Virus record (IMG/VR): IMGVR_UViG_2740892229_000011
Source: a virus
Lineage: Duplodnaviria; Heunggongvirae; Uroviricota; Caudoviricetes
Strand: one strand, 5' to 3'
Length of the DNA stretch: 64,000 nt
How positions within the stretch are numbered: the stretch's first letter is position 1; the number at the start of each line of letters is the position of its first letter. Below are positions 43,109 through 53,392 of the stretch, one piece after another. The translations under genes were made by a program, and so were the position numbers. The notes below the pieces were generated by a model. It did not search any database and had not been told where the DNA came from. It saw only the letters and a list, made by a program, of their open reading frames with translations.

Positions 43109-43978
43109 ATGAACTTTACCAAACTGACTGACCACCTGAAACTTGCCACCGATCGTCTCATTGGATTTAAGCCAGAACCATATGAGTTGCATGAAGGTCA
43201 TGGTGTAGCTACTGAAAGTATTTACAAGATGGTCGATCAGTTTCATGAACTCTTCCAGCATCCGAGACGCGTTATGCCGACACCAGAGCTGCTTCGTCTC
43301 CGTGCAAGCCTGATTCATGAAGAAGCTGTAGTGGAAGGTATTCCAGCTGCAATGAATGGGGATATTGAGCAACTGCTGGATGCAATGGCCGACTTTTTAT
43401 ACGTTGGTGTTGGTACGATGGTCGCCATCAAAGGTGGTATTTCTACCGGCATGACCTATTACACGCAGGAACAGAGCATTGATCGCTTTATGCAGACAAT
43501 TTTTGTGCCCGGTAACACTGTTTTCGATGATATGGCAATGCCATTTCAGGAAGCTCGTGAGGCGTCATGTATGCTCGAAGAGCTGGCAGATAAACTTGAG
43601 AACAAGACTGTTAAGGATTCTGAGCTGATTCAGGAACTGCGCCGTGTCATGAACAAAATCTATGTGGCGTGCATGATGACCTATCGACTGGCTGATTTCC
43701 TCGGTATCAATGTAGTCGAGCTGGTTGGCGAAATTCATCGGTCTAACATGACAAAATTATGGCCTGCTGATGTAGAGGAACGTCGCCAGGCTGTGGCCAA
43801 CTGCAAATACGACTCTTCAGACCTGGGATTTCGCCATGCTGATGGTACCGATAAGATGATCGGTTTTCGAATTTCCGATGGAAAGATTCTGAAGTCTCCA
43901 ACCTATAGTGATGTCGATTTATCCTCCTTTGTTGAGCAAGCTAAAGCCTCAGCAATGTACGGAATGATCAAAAAATAA
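43109..43978 (+). CDS. MazG/HisE-like nucleoside triphosphate pyrophosphohydrolase (putative)
   Basis: Two all-alpha NTP-PPase-like modules (LIHEEAVVEG...LLDAMADFLYV and LEELADKLENK...RLADFLGIN); start at internal ATG with SD AAGGAA (track ORF begins 42911). Confidence 0.45.
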   Translation: MNFTKLTDHLKLATDRLIGFKPEPYELHEGHGVATESIYKMVDQFHELFQHPRRVMPTPELLRLRASLIHEEAVVEGIPAAMNGDIEQLLDAMADFLYVGVGTMVAIKGGISTGMTYYTQEQSIDRFMQTIFVPGNTVFDDMAMPFQEAREASCMLEELADKLENKTVKDSELIQELRRVMNKIYVACMMTYRLADFLGINVVELVGEIHRSNMTKLWPADVEERRQAVANCKYDSSDLGFRHADGTDKMIGFRISDGKILKSPTYSDVDLSSFVEQAKASAMYGMIKK

Positions 43979-44149
43979 TTGTAGGTAGTTATCTATCTAT
44001 GTATATTGTGTTGGCGCGTTAAATTCCTGAAACAACTATTCGTTTTTGGTGGCCTATGGCCACCATTTTTTTATCTATCTGGCCTTGTTCCCTCAATAAA
44101 TGTAAACTCACGTAATGAATAAGTGGTTACTTATCTTTGTGAGGTTTTT

Positions 44150-45253
44150 GTGTCACTCCTTTTGAATCGTGAGCATACGAACGGTCAGGTAACAAACGCA
44201 TCGTATGCAAAAGTTATTGAGACGGTGCTTAAAAGCGGCGTGCAGGCTGATGATCGCACAGGCACTGGTACTTTAAGCACCTGCTACGTTCCCTCTTACT
44301 ACATGCTTACTGGTGGGACTGTGCCGCTTATTTCTGGAAAGGCGGTAAATCTTAAGCCACTGCTTGTCGAACTTGAGTGGTATCTGAAAGGCACGGGCAA
44401 CATCCAATTTCTCAAGGATAACGGCGTTAAGATTTGGGATGCATGGGCCGATGAGAATGGCGATTTGGGGCCGGTTTACGGTAAGCAGTGGCGTCGATGG
44501 GAAGATACCCGCATCGTGAGCCATAGTGAATATCTGAGCAAGATCGATACTTTCCGTGAACGCGGGTACAAAGTCGAGGGATACCTGGGTATCAGTGAAG
44601 ATCGCGTAGTGCTGTCCCGTGAAATCGATCAGCTACAGCGTATTGTCGATACACTGCGCACGAACCCTACCGATCGTCGCATCATGCTTAACGCATGGAA
44701 CGTAGGCGAGCTTGAGGATATGAAACTGCCACCTTGCCACTTTGTCTTCTCTTTGTGGAGTCGTGAGCTGGATTTTGAAACCCGTTTAACGATGGCAACT
44801 GACATTGGTCTTCAACACAGTCGCCTCGGTTACGAGTCTATCTACACCAAGATGCTATACGATCTGGAGATGGACGGCAGTGTTACTGAAGCTGAACTGG
44901 ATGAACTTGGAATCCCCAAACGCATCCTCAACTCCTGCCTCGTACAGCGTAGCGTAGACACTTTTGTTGGTATGCCATTCAATATTGCTGGCTATGGCAT
45001 TCTCACTCATTTTCTCGCGAAGATTACGGGTCACATGGCCGGTGCATTTGTGCATTTTGGCTTTGACGTGCATTTGTACAACAACCACATGGAAGGTGTG
45101 TGTGAGCTAATGAAACGACAAGCTCCAGAGCATTCAGATCCGGTCGTTATTTTCCCTCATGAATGGTCAGAGTTGGATGATTTCAAATGGGACGAGATTT
45201 TAATTCTTGGCTATGACCCTCTACCGTGGATCAAGGTTCCAGTGGCGGTGTGA
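44150..45253 (+). CDS. thyA: Thymidylate synthase (ThyA family) with two insertions
   Basis: DRTGTGT, WADENGDLGPVYGKQWR, catalytic PPCH, QRSVDTFVGMPFNIAGY, HLYNNH; insertions of about 35 and 60 aa relative to E. coli ThyA; start set at GTG with SD GAGG (track start 44123). Confidence 0.8.
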   Translation: MSLLLNREHTNGQVTNASYAKVIETVLKSGVQADDRTGTGTLSTCYVPSYYMLTGGTVPLISGKAVNLKPLLVELEWYLKGTGNIQFLKDNGVKIWDAWADENGDLGPVYGKQWRRWEDTRIVSHSEYLSKIDTFRERGYKVEGYLGISEDRVVLSREIDQLQRIVDTLRTNPTDRRIMLNAWNVGELEDMKLPPCHFVFSLWSRELDFETRLTMATDIGLQHSRLGYESIYTKMLYDLEMDGSVTEAELDELGIPKRILNSCLVQRSVDTFVGMPFNIAGYGILTHFLAKITGHMAGAFVHFGFDVHLYNNHMEGVCELMKRQAPEHSDPVVIFPHEWSELDDFKWDEILILGYDPLPWIKVPVAV

Positions 45254-45254
45254 T

Positions 45255-45668
45255 ATGGCAAGAGGTATGTATGTCTTATGCGAAATTGAAGGTGTGCTGG
45301 CAAATACCAGTCATCGTAAATCTGTATCTGACGCGGATGCAGGCCAGCTCATTGCCGGTGATGAACTCATTTTCCCCACCAGCCGTATGTTGCGTGGTTT
45401 TGCTCGCTCAGGGGCTGAAGTGGTGCTTATCAGTAGCCGCTCTGAAACTCTTGAAGCGCCCACTAAACGATGGCTGAAAGATTTTGGCGTTGATTACGAC
45501 TGGCTTCATCTCGTACCGAATAGCACCAGTTATGAGAAGCATATTAAACGCACATTAGCGGAGCATAAAGGCGATCTGCTTATCGCTGCGCTGGTGCACG
45601 ATCCTCGACTCCGTGCCGCTTTAGCTGACTCTCATCATAGACCGGTCATCTATGAGGTGAGCAAATGA
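45255..45668 (+). CDS. hypothetical protein (HAD-like fold possible; catalytic Asp motif not evident)
   Basis: Sits between thyA and the DHFR gene; N-terminal CEIEGVL where HAD enzymes have DxDGV. Confidence 0.35.
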   Translation: MARGMYVLCEIEGVLANTSHRKSVSDADAGQLIAGDELIFPTSRMLRGFARSGAEVVLISSRSETLEAPTKRWLKDFGVDYDWLHLVPNSTSYEKHIKRTLAEHKGDLLIAALVHDPRLRAALADSHHRPVIYEVSK

Positions 45669-46141
45669 AGATGATAGCTGCTGTTGGCCGTAACTATGAG
45701 ATCGGCATAGCGAACGAACTGCCCTGGCGTTGTTCTACCGATCTGAAGCTATTTAAGAGACTCACCAAAAACGCCACTGTCGTTATGGGGCGTAAAACGA
45801 TGGAAAGTCTCAAACGCCCTCTTCCAGAGCGTCATAACCTCGTTTTGACGCGCTCTCATGGCTTTGTACCAAATGGATTCTACCCTGCTGGTGTGGATGA
45901 TGTGTTGCGATTACCAGAGCCTGTGTGGGTGATTGGCGGGGAACAAATTTACTCGCTATTCATGCCGCATGTTGAAGAGATTTGGCTCTCCCACATCGGC
46001 GTTGATGTGCCAAACGCCGATGCATTCTTCCCGGCAAGCATGATGCGTAATTTAGGCTTTGTGCCTGTTGAAACAGTTTTTACCCAACGAGCCAGCGAGG
46101 AAGAGCCTGGCTTTTCGCAGATCGTATACAGAAGGTCGTAA
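45665..46141 (+). CDS. Dihydrofolate reductase
   Basis: DHFR signature ELPW...LFKRLTKN...VVMGRKTMESLKRPLPER...VIGGEQIY. Confidence 0.8.
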   Translation: MKMIAAVGRNYEIGIANELPWRCSTDLKLFKRLTKNATVVMGRKTMESLKRPLPERHNLVLTRSHGFVPNGFYPAGVDDVLRLPEPVWVIGGEQIYSLFMPHVEEIWLSHIGVDVPNADAFFPASMMRNLGFVPVETVFTQRASEEEPGFSQIVYRRS

Positions 46142-46785
46142 TGGATTACCGGATTGGGATCACTGGTGCTCAGGGCAGTGGGAAAACAACCCTGGCAAAA
46201 TATATCGACAAACATTACGGAATCCCTTACGTGGATGCTGGGGTCGGAAGTTTGATGAGCCGACTCGGTGTTCGAGTAGGTGAGTCTATGCCTCTATATG
46301 AGCGGCTTCAGATTCAAATGGAAATAGCAAAGCATATAGAGCTACTTACGCGTGGTGTTGAAGGCTTTGTTATCGATCGCACACCTGCTGATGTTATGGC
46401 CTACACGTTGGATTTGGTCGGCCATACCAATGAAGATCGATGTATTGAGTTAGCCCTCGATATCGAAAAGTTTTGCCACAAAACTGCTATTTCAAACTTT
46501 AACGCCATTGCTGGCCTACGCCCGGGGGTCGCTCTCTCAGAGCGAGATTACTTGCGGTCACAACGAGCATCATTAGACCGTCTGTATGTCGCTCGTATTG
46601 ATGCGTTGATGTGCGGGGAACTGACAAAAATTCACCTGCATCCGCAAAGGGGAGATCTGCAAACCTTCGTCGTTTCCAACCGGTATCGCACAGTTGAAGC
46701 AAGAGCCAGATCAGTAATGAGAATGCTCGATAACGCGGTAGAAAAGATAGAAAACCGCTTCTGTGGCCGAGTAACCGTTCATTAG
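46141..46785 (+). CDS. P-loop nucleotide kinase (dNMP-kinase-like)
   Basis: Walker A GITGAQGSGKTTLA at the N-terminus; small kinase size; located in the nucleotide-metabolism cluster. Confidence 0.45.
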   Translation: MDYRIGITGAQGSGKTTLAKYIDKHYGIPYVDAGVGSLMSRLGVRVGESMPLYERLQIQMEIAKHIELLTRGVEGFVIDRTPADVMAYTLDLVGHTNEDRCIELALDIEKFCHKTAISNFNAIAGLRPGVALSERDYLRSQRASLDRLYVARIDALMCGELTKIHLHPQRGDLQTFVVSNRYRTVEARARSVMRMLDNAVEKIENRFCGRVTVH

Positions 46786-46846
46786 AAATTGTTCGCCTCT
46801 TCGACATTGCGACAATAAAACTCTCAAAATGGGTTAAGGATAAAAA

Positions 46847-47266
46847 ATGTTTAGTGAAATGTTGCTTGAAGATGAACTGGATCGGAAAACAACAGAGGCT
46901 TTGATTCGTGTAGCGGACGAACATTCCCGGTCGCTTATGAGCGATCGAGAGGCTCGTCTGGCTATTCGTGCCATATTCGAAACTGCGCAGGGGCTTGTTG
47001 GCGCACAAGTAGGTGAAGCCATTAACATCGCCATGTCTCAGTTCAGTGAAGACAGTAAAAAGCCTCTGTTTCCTATGCATTTGATGCTGGCTGGTGGCAC
47101 GGTGCTTTATATCTCTGTTTGTCTGGATAGCAACCAAATCAATATTCTCAACACTGCGTCAGGTAAGTGGAAAGATCCGATTGTCTGTGAAACCAGTGAA
47201 GAAACTTTGAAAAAAGCGGCTCAATTTGTACGTAGCGCACTACTTAAGGGCGCTAAGAAGTTGTAA
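46847..47266 (+). CDS. hypothetical protein
   Basis: 139-aa ORF with SD AAGGA. Confidence 0.45.
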   Translation: MFSEMLLEDELDRKTTEALIRVADEHSRSLMSDREARLAIRAIFETAQGLVGAQVGEAINIAMSQFSEDSKKPLFPMHLMLAGGTVLYISVCLDSNQINILNTASGKWKDPIVCETSEETLKKAAQFVRSALLKGAKKL

Positions 47267-47275
47267 GGAGTTCTG

Positions 47276-47833
47276 ATGACAACGATTGTTGCAGGCATCG
47301 ATATCGAGTCTACGGGACTGGATTTCCTTGCTGGTCATAAAATTATTGAAATCGCAATTACCCGCTATGAACTGGAGACACAGAGACATATTGATAGTCT
47401 GGAGATGCGTTTTAACCCTCGCAGAAACATAGATCCGAAAGCTCAAGCCGTTCATGGCATTTCATTAGAACAGCTCGCAGCTGAACCTTTGTTGTCAAAT
47501 CATGCCAGCGAAATTGGCGCTTATATGGGGGCATGTAGTGCGTGGATTGCTCATAACGGCGAAGCGTTTGATATACCATTTATTCGACACGAGTTTTCAG
47601 GGTATGGAGTAAGACTGCCAGACGTTCCCGTTATAGATACTATGTTATCGGGATTGTGGGCCACAGAAGACGGTAAACGTCCTCGCCTTGAAGAATTGGC
47701 CTTCTCTCTTGGCTTTATATACGATCATGCCAAAGCACATAGTGCCTTATATGACACAAACTTAATGATGCAATGCTTCTTTAAGGCACGTAATAAATAC
47801 GGATTTTTTAAATTACCCTCTGAAATTGTGTAA
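47276..47833 (+). CDS. DnaQ-like 3'-5' exonuclease (DEDDh family)
   Basis: Exo I GIDIESTG, Exo II HNGEAFDIPFI, Exo III HSALYDTNL. Confidence 0.7.
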   Translation: MTTIVAGIDIESTGLDFLAGHKIIEIAITRYELETQRHIDSLEMRFNPRRNIDPKAQAVHGISLEQLAAEPLLSNHASEIGAYMGACSAWIAHNGEAFDIPFIRHEFSGYGVRLPDVPVIDTMLSGLWATEDGKRPRLEELAFSLGFIYDHAKAHSALYDTNLMMQCFFKARNKYGFFKLPSEIV

Positions 47834-47993
47834 AACAAAAGCCTGCTTTAAAGAGAGTTTGAAGCAGGCTTTCTTTTAAAGAACAGTCGCCTTTCAATCA
47901 TTTCCTGCCTGTATTTAATACTTTTCCGCCTGATAGGTTTAGTCAAAATGTAGCCATCGAAACGCAAATGCAACTAAACAGAAGGAGACTTAC

Positions 47994-48803
47994 ATGAGTT
48001 CGGTTGAAAATGTAATGACAAATGATGATCTGGATGAGCTGACAGCCATGTTGCAATCACTTGATGAACCAGTAAAAAAAGCTGCACAGGTTGAAAATAC
48101 TGATGATATTGACGATCTGCTTCTCGGCCTCGATGCTGGCGTAGCCATGAGTTCTGATGATGTTGCCGAAGAACTGTTCAATGAAGAAAAAGCAGGTGAT
48201 TTCAGCTCCGCTTTAAATGAGTTGGAGTTAGCTCATGAGCCTATAAACGTAATTAAGGCTGAAAGTGTTGAATCTGCCGAAAACGAGCCAGAACAATTGG
48301 GATTTATTGAGGTTGAAGAGTGTGTTGAGGTTAATGATGAATTAAAAGTTCAACAGTCAAATGATAGCAATACAAATAAAATAGCTCGTACTGCAAGAGG
48401 TCCTCGTTTTACTTTAAGTGATAAAGATGATTTGTTTTTCAATAAAGCAGGCTTAGAAAAAGATATTTTCTTAGACGCTTACGAAAACGCGCCTGTCAAA
48501 GCAAAGGATAAGATATTAAACCTTCTTAATTGGTTTAGCGGAGGTCCAGATATTAGTGTTTACACGGTAATTTCCATGAGACACCTTCTCACAGAAAAGA
48601 AGGCTACAAGTAATAGTATTAAGATTGCTTTAATGAGCAATCCAGAAAAACCGTATCCGCTTAACACTGCGTCAACTCAGGCTGGGCAAATGATGGCTGT
48701 ATTTCCAGCTACAGGAATTGCTGTTAGAGACGGTGGAAATCTAACATTGAACGAAGAATCACCGATCGTTAAGAAGTTTGTCGCGGAGTACACTATTGGA
48801 TGA
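47994..48803 (+). CDS. hypothetical protein with strongly acidic N-terminal half
   Basis: About 40% GC (lower than neighbours); N-terminal 120 aa rich in D/E; lies directly upstream of the Dam-like MTase gene. Confidence 0.45.
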   Translation: MSSVENVMTNDDLDELTAMLQSLDEPVKKAAQVENTDDIDDLLLGLDAGVAMSSDDVAEELFNEEKAGDFSSALNELELAHEPINVIKAESVESAENEPEQLGFIEVEECVEVNDELKVQQSNDSNTNKIARTARGPRFTLSDKDDLFFNKAGLEKDIFLDAYENAPVKAKDKILNLLNWFSGGPDISVYTVISMRHLLTEKKATSNSIKIALMSNPEKPYPLNTASTQAGQMMAVFPATGIAVRDGGNLTLNEESPIVKKFVAEYTIG

Positions 48804-48985
48804 CGTTCCCCTACTGAAAATAAAGCCCATAGAGAGCTTTATAGTGCTGGGTAAGCTAACCCATACCCAGCACCACAAAAACGCGCCAGAGAGCTTCTTG
48901 TTCGCATTTCTGGCGCGTTTTATTTTATTGCCATACATAAAATCAAATGCAAAAATAGGTAATCACTTACCTACCGAGAAAGAAG

Positions 48986-49579
48986 ATGATTGCAGCCGAA
49001 AAAATCAAACAGCGAAAGCGCGACAACTCTCTTCGTGACCTCTGGAGAACACCTGATTGGCTGTTTTCTGCCATTCAACGTTATCTTGGAGTGACATTTG
49101 ATGTTGACGTTGCCTGCAACAAGGACAATGCAAAGCTGCCTATTTTCATAGGCGTTGAGCGCGATGCTTTGAAATCTGAATGGGGGCAGCCAGGTACAAT
49201 TGCCTTCCTCAATCCACCCTACTCCAAAATCTCCCCCTGGATTGATGCGGCTATACGTGAGCAGGCTCGCGGAGTTACAACAGTGATGCTAATTCCTCAA
49301 TCCCTCGATACAAAGTGGTATGAGCGTGCAACAGAGTGTGCGAATGAGACGATTATTCTGTCTGGTGGCCGCGTAGCGTTTGTCGAGCCTGACGTCAATT
49401 TGGGTCAGGTAGAAGTAAACATCAACCCCGGTGGCAGTATGCTCGTTGTTTTTCGAGGATTCTGTCAGGACGCTGGGCACTCTATAAGCAAGATCCCTTT
49501 GGACGTCATGAAAAGTCTGGGAGGGTATGATCCTGCGAATGTGATCAGGAAAAAAAGACCATCAAAGAAGGCTGCTTAG
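48986..49579 (+). CDS. Phage-type DNA N6-adenine methyltransferase (Dam-like)
   Basis: FLNPPYSKI (NPPY catalytic motif), about 197 aa, phage Dam-like architecture. Confidence 0.75.
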   Translation: MIAAEKIKQRKRDNSLRDLWRTPDWLFSAIQRYLGVTFDVDVACNKDNAKLPIFIGVERDALKSEWGQPGTIAFLNPPYSKISPWIDAAIREQARGVTTVMLIPQSLDTKWYERATECANETIILSGGRVAFVEPDVNLGQVEVNINPGGSMLVVFRGFCQDAGHSISKIPLDVMKSLGGYDPANVIRKKRPSKKAA

Positions 49580-49600
49580 TTTGTTCTGGCGTCTGTAATT

Positions 49601-49657
49601 AGCCTGCTTCTGTATATAAATAACTACATATTAATTATTAATATACGGAAGCAGGCT
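49601..49657 (+). terminator. Stem-loop B, near-identical to stem-loop A
   Basis: Arms agcctgcttctgtatat / atatacggaagcaggct; the single mismatch is a G-U wobble in the plus-strand RNA; 22 nt after the MTase stop. Confidence 0.45.
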
Positions 49658-49763
49658 GTTTTATATCAGAGACTCCCAGACCTGAACACCACTACAGAAT
49701 CCACTAGAACCCCTTCCCAGACGCTTTAAAATCGATTTTATGAACCACTTTAAGGAAACCAAC

Positions 49764-49994
49764 ATGTCATACCCGACTAATGTCGTTGCGCTCGTAGAGA
49801 GCGATTTTCTGGCCCAGGCTCGTGAAATGATGAAAGATCGTGAGCAGGCTTTCAACTTGTACGAGTGGGCAATTAAGTGCTTGCATCTTGGCGAGCATCG
49901 CGAACTTGTTGAACAGCTTTTAGGTGAGTTGATCAATGAGGTGTTTGCCTTGAATGTTCAACTACATGGTCGAGAAAATAATCAATCAAAATGA
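49764..49994 (+). CDS. hypothetical small protein
   Basis: Start chosen at the ATG preceded by AAGGAAACCAACATG (track start 49740). Confidence 0.35.
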   Translation: MSYPTNVVALVESDFLAQAREMMKDREQAFNLYEWAIKCLHLGEHRELVEQLLGELINEVFALNVQLHGRENNQSK

Positions 49995-50577
49995 TAGATA
50001 AGTACAAACTATTCATAAAGTGAATTGTAAGTGCTAAGATCTGATAGTTTCCAGTCGTAGACTGGAGGCTCGACCTGATGGGTGGGGGTAAGCGTCACTG
50101 GCGTCAGGTTTAAAAAAGCTCACTACCAGCGTAGAACCGGTGCCGTATAGGTGTCGGGGAAGGGGGAACCAAAGTGAGCGGAGACAAGGGTCACTTTATG
50201 ATTGTCGAGTCTGGGGTGTTTCGAGAGGTTGAATCCAGTACTCCCCTTCATAAAGTGTGGGAAGATCTCGGTTCTGGGGTGCTGTCATCCATAACTTCCC
50301 AAGTCTAAGCTGGCAGTAGACTTAGACCATAGCTTTTCAGGTTATGAAACGACCAGGTTGGTGAGGAATTTTATACTCACCTCCCTGGGAGAGTATTACC
50401 TGAAAAGACAACCTCTCACTTCGTTCGAGGTGAACTTCACTCACTTCGTTCGTTCAGTTCAGGTTTATAAAAACCTGTTCTGGGAAGTAATTTGTTTATT
50501 TTAATAATTATTAACACGCACGCGTGTGCGCACGCGCGAGGAAAAAAATCGGCGCGGCGCTTGATTCAGGAGTTTAT

Positions 50578-51168
50578 ATGACGACGAAGACACCAGCCCG
50601 ATCGCAAGCAAAAACTCGCAAAAAAGCCAAAAACAAAAATTCTCCCCGCACCAATCCCACAACGCCTGTCGTAGAGTTCAATCCCCAGCTTAAAACCGTG
50701 AAAATCTTCAGTGATGGCTCTTGCCTTAAAAATCCGGGTGGCCCGGGCGGTTACGGTATCGTTCTTCAGTATCGTGGAGAGGAACGCGAGTTCTCAGATG
50801 GTTTTCATAGCACCACCAATAACCGCATGGAGATGATGGGGGCACTTATCGGGCTGGAGCGTTTGAAATATCCATGCAACGTTATTTTGCACTCTGATAG
50901 CCAGTATCTGAAAAACGGCATGACACAGTGGATGAAATGGTGGAAACGCAATGGATGGATGACTTCTGACAAAAAACCGGTAAAGAATGTTGATCTGTGG
51001 AAGCGTCTGGATGAGGCCGCAAGTCGACATAATGTTCGCTGGAAGTGGGTTAAAGGTCACGCCGGGCATCGTGAAAATGAAATATGTGATCGACTCGCGA
51101 AGATCGCAGCTTTTTCAGCAGCAGATATGCCTCACAAGAAAGATATTGGTTTTGTTTATAACAAGTAG
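50578..51168 (+). CDS. rnhA: Ribonuclease H (RnhA type) with short N-terminal basic extension
   Basis: Near-complete match to recalled E. coli RNase HI motifs ([47 protein letters not shown]); start at ATG with SD AGGAG (track 50524). Confidence 0.85.
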   Translation: MTTKTPARSQAKTRKKAKNKNSPRTNPTTPVVEFNPQLKTVKIFSDGSCLKNPGGPGGYGIVLQYRGEEREFSDGFHSTTNNRMEMMGALIGLERLKYPCNVILHSDSQYLKNGMTQWMKWWKRNGWMTSDKKPVKNVDLWKRLDEAASRHNVRWKWVKGHAGHRENEICDRLAKIAAFSAADMPHKKDIGFVYNK

Positions 51169-51316
51169 TAAGTAAGTGTTTACCTATCATTTTAAATCAT
51201 GTATCTTATCGGCGTCAGGATGACAATGTGTCGGTAAGACACAGTTCCAGGATGGAACGAGAAAGGCGGCTGGCAATCGCCAGCCGCAACTCTTTCTGAC
51301 ACTGGATGGGGTCCAC

Positions 51317-51811
51317 ATGGCACGTCAAACCTATTTCACTTCTGCAACTAAACGTCCTCGTTCTTTACGTCAAATTTTGGCCGAATTATTTAGCGGTCGT
51401 GTTATGTCACGTCTTGATGAACTAGAGACTACCGTTCGGTTGCTGAATGAACGTTTAGATAATCAAGCGTCAGTTGTTGCGAACGTGGGGGCGATTGTTG
51501 CCTCTGGTTCTTCACGCGAAGCGAAAAATGCACGGCCTTTAGTGAAGGAGAAAAACAACAAGGACAGTTCGAATGGAAAATTTTCAAAGAAAGAGGCTGA
51601 AACCAATGGCCTACGTTCTCATTATAGTTTCACTGGCGACGGTAGCCGTTCCAGCCGGTCAGTGCCTTTTGATGCCGGATTCATCCATCACCACACCTTC
51701 GTCGACGACAATTACCACCACTCCAGTGGAGCGTCCTGTCACTCTGGATGGGATGGCGGTGGATGCGATACCTCAAGTTCATCCAGTTACTCAGGATCAT
51801 GCTGTGACTAA
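51317..51811 (+). CDS. hypothetical protein
   Basis: 164-aa ORF; low-complexity Ser/Gly/His-rich C-terminus. Confidence 0.3.
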   Translation: MARQTYFTSATKRPRSLRQILAELFSGRVMSRLDELETTVRLLNERLDNQASVVANVGAIVASGSSREAKNARPLVKEKNNKDSSNGKFSKKEAETNGLRSHYSFTGDGSRSSRSVPFDAGFIHHHTFVDDNYHHSSGASCHSGWDGGGCDTSSSSSYSGSCCD

Positions 51812-51820
51812 GGCGGTTGT

Positions 51821-52009
51821 ATGAACTGGTTTTCAAATCACTTTGGAAAAATTTGGCTGGCAATTCTTGCCCTCATGGCCGCCGGTTGGGTATCGAACAT
51901 TATAAAACTTGTTTGCTCTGGCGATCTCCAGTTTCAGGCTGGTATGACCTTGGCTCGTGTAGTTGGGATTTTTATTTTTCCAGTCGGTTCGGTACTTGGT
52001 TATTTCTGA
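51821..52009 (+). CDS. small membrane protein
   Basis: 62 aa with two hydrophobic segments. Confidence 0.3.
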   Translation: MNWFSNHFGKIWLAILALMAAGWVSNIIKLVCSGDLQFQAGMTLARVVGIFIFPVGSVLGYF

Positions 52010-52102
52010 CGGTTGTTAGTGCATATGCATTGACCGTCTTTGCGTAAGCAATTTATTTAACTAGAAAACAACTTGTTTTGACAAATAACAAAAGGAAAAC
52101 AC

Positions 52103-52528
52103 ATGTTAGGTTTCTTCAAAAAGAAAACTCGTAAAGCAGTTATCGAAGTCAAAAAAATGGAGAACCGTGATGCGGTTGAGGCCACCGTGTGGGGCGCGTA
52201 CATGATCTCCTATGCCGACGGCACATGTGACGCAAAAGAAATTGCCATTCTTGAGAAGACAATTGCAGCTCTGCCTGCGTTTTCTCCGTTTGCTGGTGAA
52301 ATTGCCCAAATGAGCGCCAATATCCGTGCTCGTTACGAAGCGTCCCCTCGTTCTGCTAATGCACAGGCTATTCGTGAGCTGTCTGATATTGCGGGTACTC
52401 CAGAGGCGGTCGATGTTCTGTGTCTGTGCCTTGATATTGCCGATCAGGATGGCATTGGTGAACAAGAAGAGCAGGCACTGAAAAAGATCGCCCAGGCGCT
52501 TCAGTTGTCACTGGATGCTTATCTCTAA
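52103..52528 (+). CDS. TerB-like domain protein (putative)
   Basis: 141 aa; helical with an acidic patch (DIADQDGIGEQEEQALKKIA) resembling TerB-family proteins; motif-1 palindrome and conserved TIR upstream. Confidence 0.35.
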   Translation: MLGFFKKKTRKAVIEVKKMENRDAVEATVWGAYMISYADGTCDAKEIAILEKTIAALPAFSPFAGEIAQMSANIRARYEASPRSANAQAIRELSDIAGTPEAVDVLCLCLDIADQDGIGEQEEQALKKIAQALQLSLDAYL

Positions 52529-52825
52529 TGCTTGAGAGATTCCGGCTTGTGATCGTCATTGCTCTTCTGGTGATGGCGGTGTTGGTGGATTTTACGGGAA
52601 AGATGATGTCTGTCATTTCTGATGGCGTCCTCATTGGTTTGGCGATCTACTTCGCTTATCCGTTAGTTCGTAAAGCAAAGTGTTAATGACAAGGGCCATT
52701 TGGCCCTTGTGTTTCGTTGACCGAAATAGAGAGTTTGCACCTTTACGTTTAGCTTGCTCCCCTCATATGCCACATCACAATAAAGCCAATAAGAAAACAA
52801 CTTGTTTAAGCATTAAGGAAAACAC

Positions 52826-53392
52826 ATGTGCGAGAAATGCAAAGCAATAGCTGATGAACAAAACGCCCTATTCGAAGAAATGGATGCTAATGAACTTGTC
52901 AAAATGTTAGCCATTCTTCGAGGAATAGAAGACGTTTCCATATTTGAGAGACTGTTTACAATACTTAATTTTAATTCCACCTTTGAAGAGCCAACTCAGA
53001 TTGTAGCTTTGGCACACCATTTCGGTGTTCATTACCTTGCTGAAAAAGAGAGAGTTGATAAGTTGCAAGCGACTTTGGATATGGTGAGCGAGACTCAAGG
53101 AACTCATGACGGTAACAAAAGTGAGACGATTATTGCCAGCAAAGATCGTGAAATTGCCGGGCTTAAATCCTCTCTAATGATGTTGATGTCTGCAATTAAC
53201 CTTATGTCTTCTAAAGCAGGTTATAAAATGCCATCACTAAACAGCGACGATCCGATGGCCGTTCGCCAGCTTTTAGGTGCAATGGCCGACCAGCTCGACG
53301 ACACAAAGAGTCGCCTTGAAGACATGATGCGGGAGCTCACGCATCGCCATGACTTGAATAAGCAGCCGCACAAAACGCAATACGCACTCTAA
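52826..53392 (+). CDS. hypothetical protein
   Basis: 188-aa ORF with motif-1 palindrome and conserved TIR upstream. Confidence 0.45.
   Translation: MCEKCKAIADEQNALFEEMDANELVKMLAILRGIEDVSIFERLFTILNFNSTFEEPTQIVALAHHFGVHYLAEKERVDKLQATLDMVSETQGTHDGNKSETIIASKDREIAGLKSSLMMLMSAINLMSSKAGYKMPSLNSDDPMAVRQLLGAMADQLDDTKSRLEDMMRELTHRHDLNKQPHKTQYAL

Noticed and set aside
44150-45253. ThyA homolog as a dCMP or dUMP hydroxymethylase for hypermodified DNA
   Set aside because: The catalytic and folate-binding motifs match thymidylate synthase almost residue-for-residue (WADENGDLGPVYGKQWR, PPCH, PFNIAGY); the insertions alone do not justify a different activity. Kept only as a possibility to test.
49995-50577. 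Group I intron or retron in the ORF-free region before RNase H
   Set aside because: No reverse transcriptase, no homing endonuclease ORF and no recognisable intron core; the flanking genes are not split. Left as an unassigned structured region.
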